Shown piece by piece: positions 40,599 to 40,933 of a DNA stretch of 40,933 bases (its first letter is position 1; every line of letters begins with the position of its first letter). The stretch lies in the NCBI GenBank assembly GCA_046046315.1, contig JBJOKB010000050.1, positions 1 to 40,933 of the forward strand. The letters are read 5' to 3'. Source of the stretch: Actinomycetota bacterium. Lineage in GTDB: Bacteria; Actinomycetota; Actinomycetes; S36-B12; UBA5976. The notes under the pieces were generated by a model, which was not told where the DNA came from, searched no databases, and saw nothing but the letters and a program-made list of their open reading frames with translations. Both the position numbers and the translations under genes were made by a program.

Positions 40599-40898
40599 TT
40601 ATTTTGTGACGACTGCGAGCACATCGCGTGCTGATAACAGCAAATAATCTTTGCCGTCATAGCTAACTTCAGTTCCGCCGTATTTTGAGAAAACTACGGT
40701 GTCACCTGTTTTGATATCCATAGGGATACGCTTTTCGCCATCTTCGTCAAAACGACCTGGACCAACTGCAATGACTTTTCCTTCTTGTGGTTTTTCTTTT
40801 GCAGTGTCAGGTATTACTAAGCCTGACGCAGTTTTTGTTTCAGCGTCTAGTACTTCAACGAGGATTCGATCCTCGAGTGGTTTAATTTGGACCGCCAC
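40599..40898 (-). CDS. groES: Co-chaperonin GroES
   Basis: [42 protein letters not shown]. Confidence 0.98.
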   Translation of the reverse strand: MAVQIKPLEDRILVEVLDAETKTASGLVIPDTAKEKPQEGKVIAVGPGRFDEDGEKRIPMDIKTGDTVVFSKYGGTEVSYDGKDYLLLSARDVLAVVTK

Positions 40899-40933
40899 GG
40901 TCTACTCCCCTTCATGGGATTTTTACTCGGAAT

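Overview
A gene-dense, AT-rich actinobacterial chromosome segment (spot counts suggest roughly 35-38% GC), most consistent with a streamlined aquatic lineage (Nanopelagicales-like; this is inference). The backbone follows the familiar actinomycete order: wzt/wzm-GT2-LCP-purK-birA-acyl-CoA carboxylase genes-maf-Sdh1-type succinate dehydrogenase-trpS-icd-mdh-purH-sucDC-M23-pcrA-guaB3-bldM-like-whiD-groEL1/groES. Many genes appear leaderless and convergent genes abut or overlap. The most notable element is a six-gene block at 31753-38234, between whiD and copC/groEL1. It encodes a Rhodospirillum rubrum-type RuBisCO-like protein, a cupin methylsulfurylase homologue, MetY, a CoA-binding protein, MtnA and a class II aldolase-SDR fusion. 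Together these look like a co-located MTA/5'-deoxyadenosine salvage module joining the MTA-isoprenoid shunt to a possible variant DHAP shunt. Purine/folate genes normally found at these loci (purE, purN, folD, guaB, guaA) are absent from their usual positions, and PurK is catalytically eroded. No rRNA, tRNA, CRISPR array or mobile element was recognised. All calls come from motif recognition by eye; no database searches were run.
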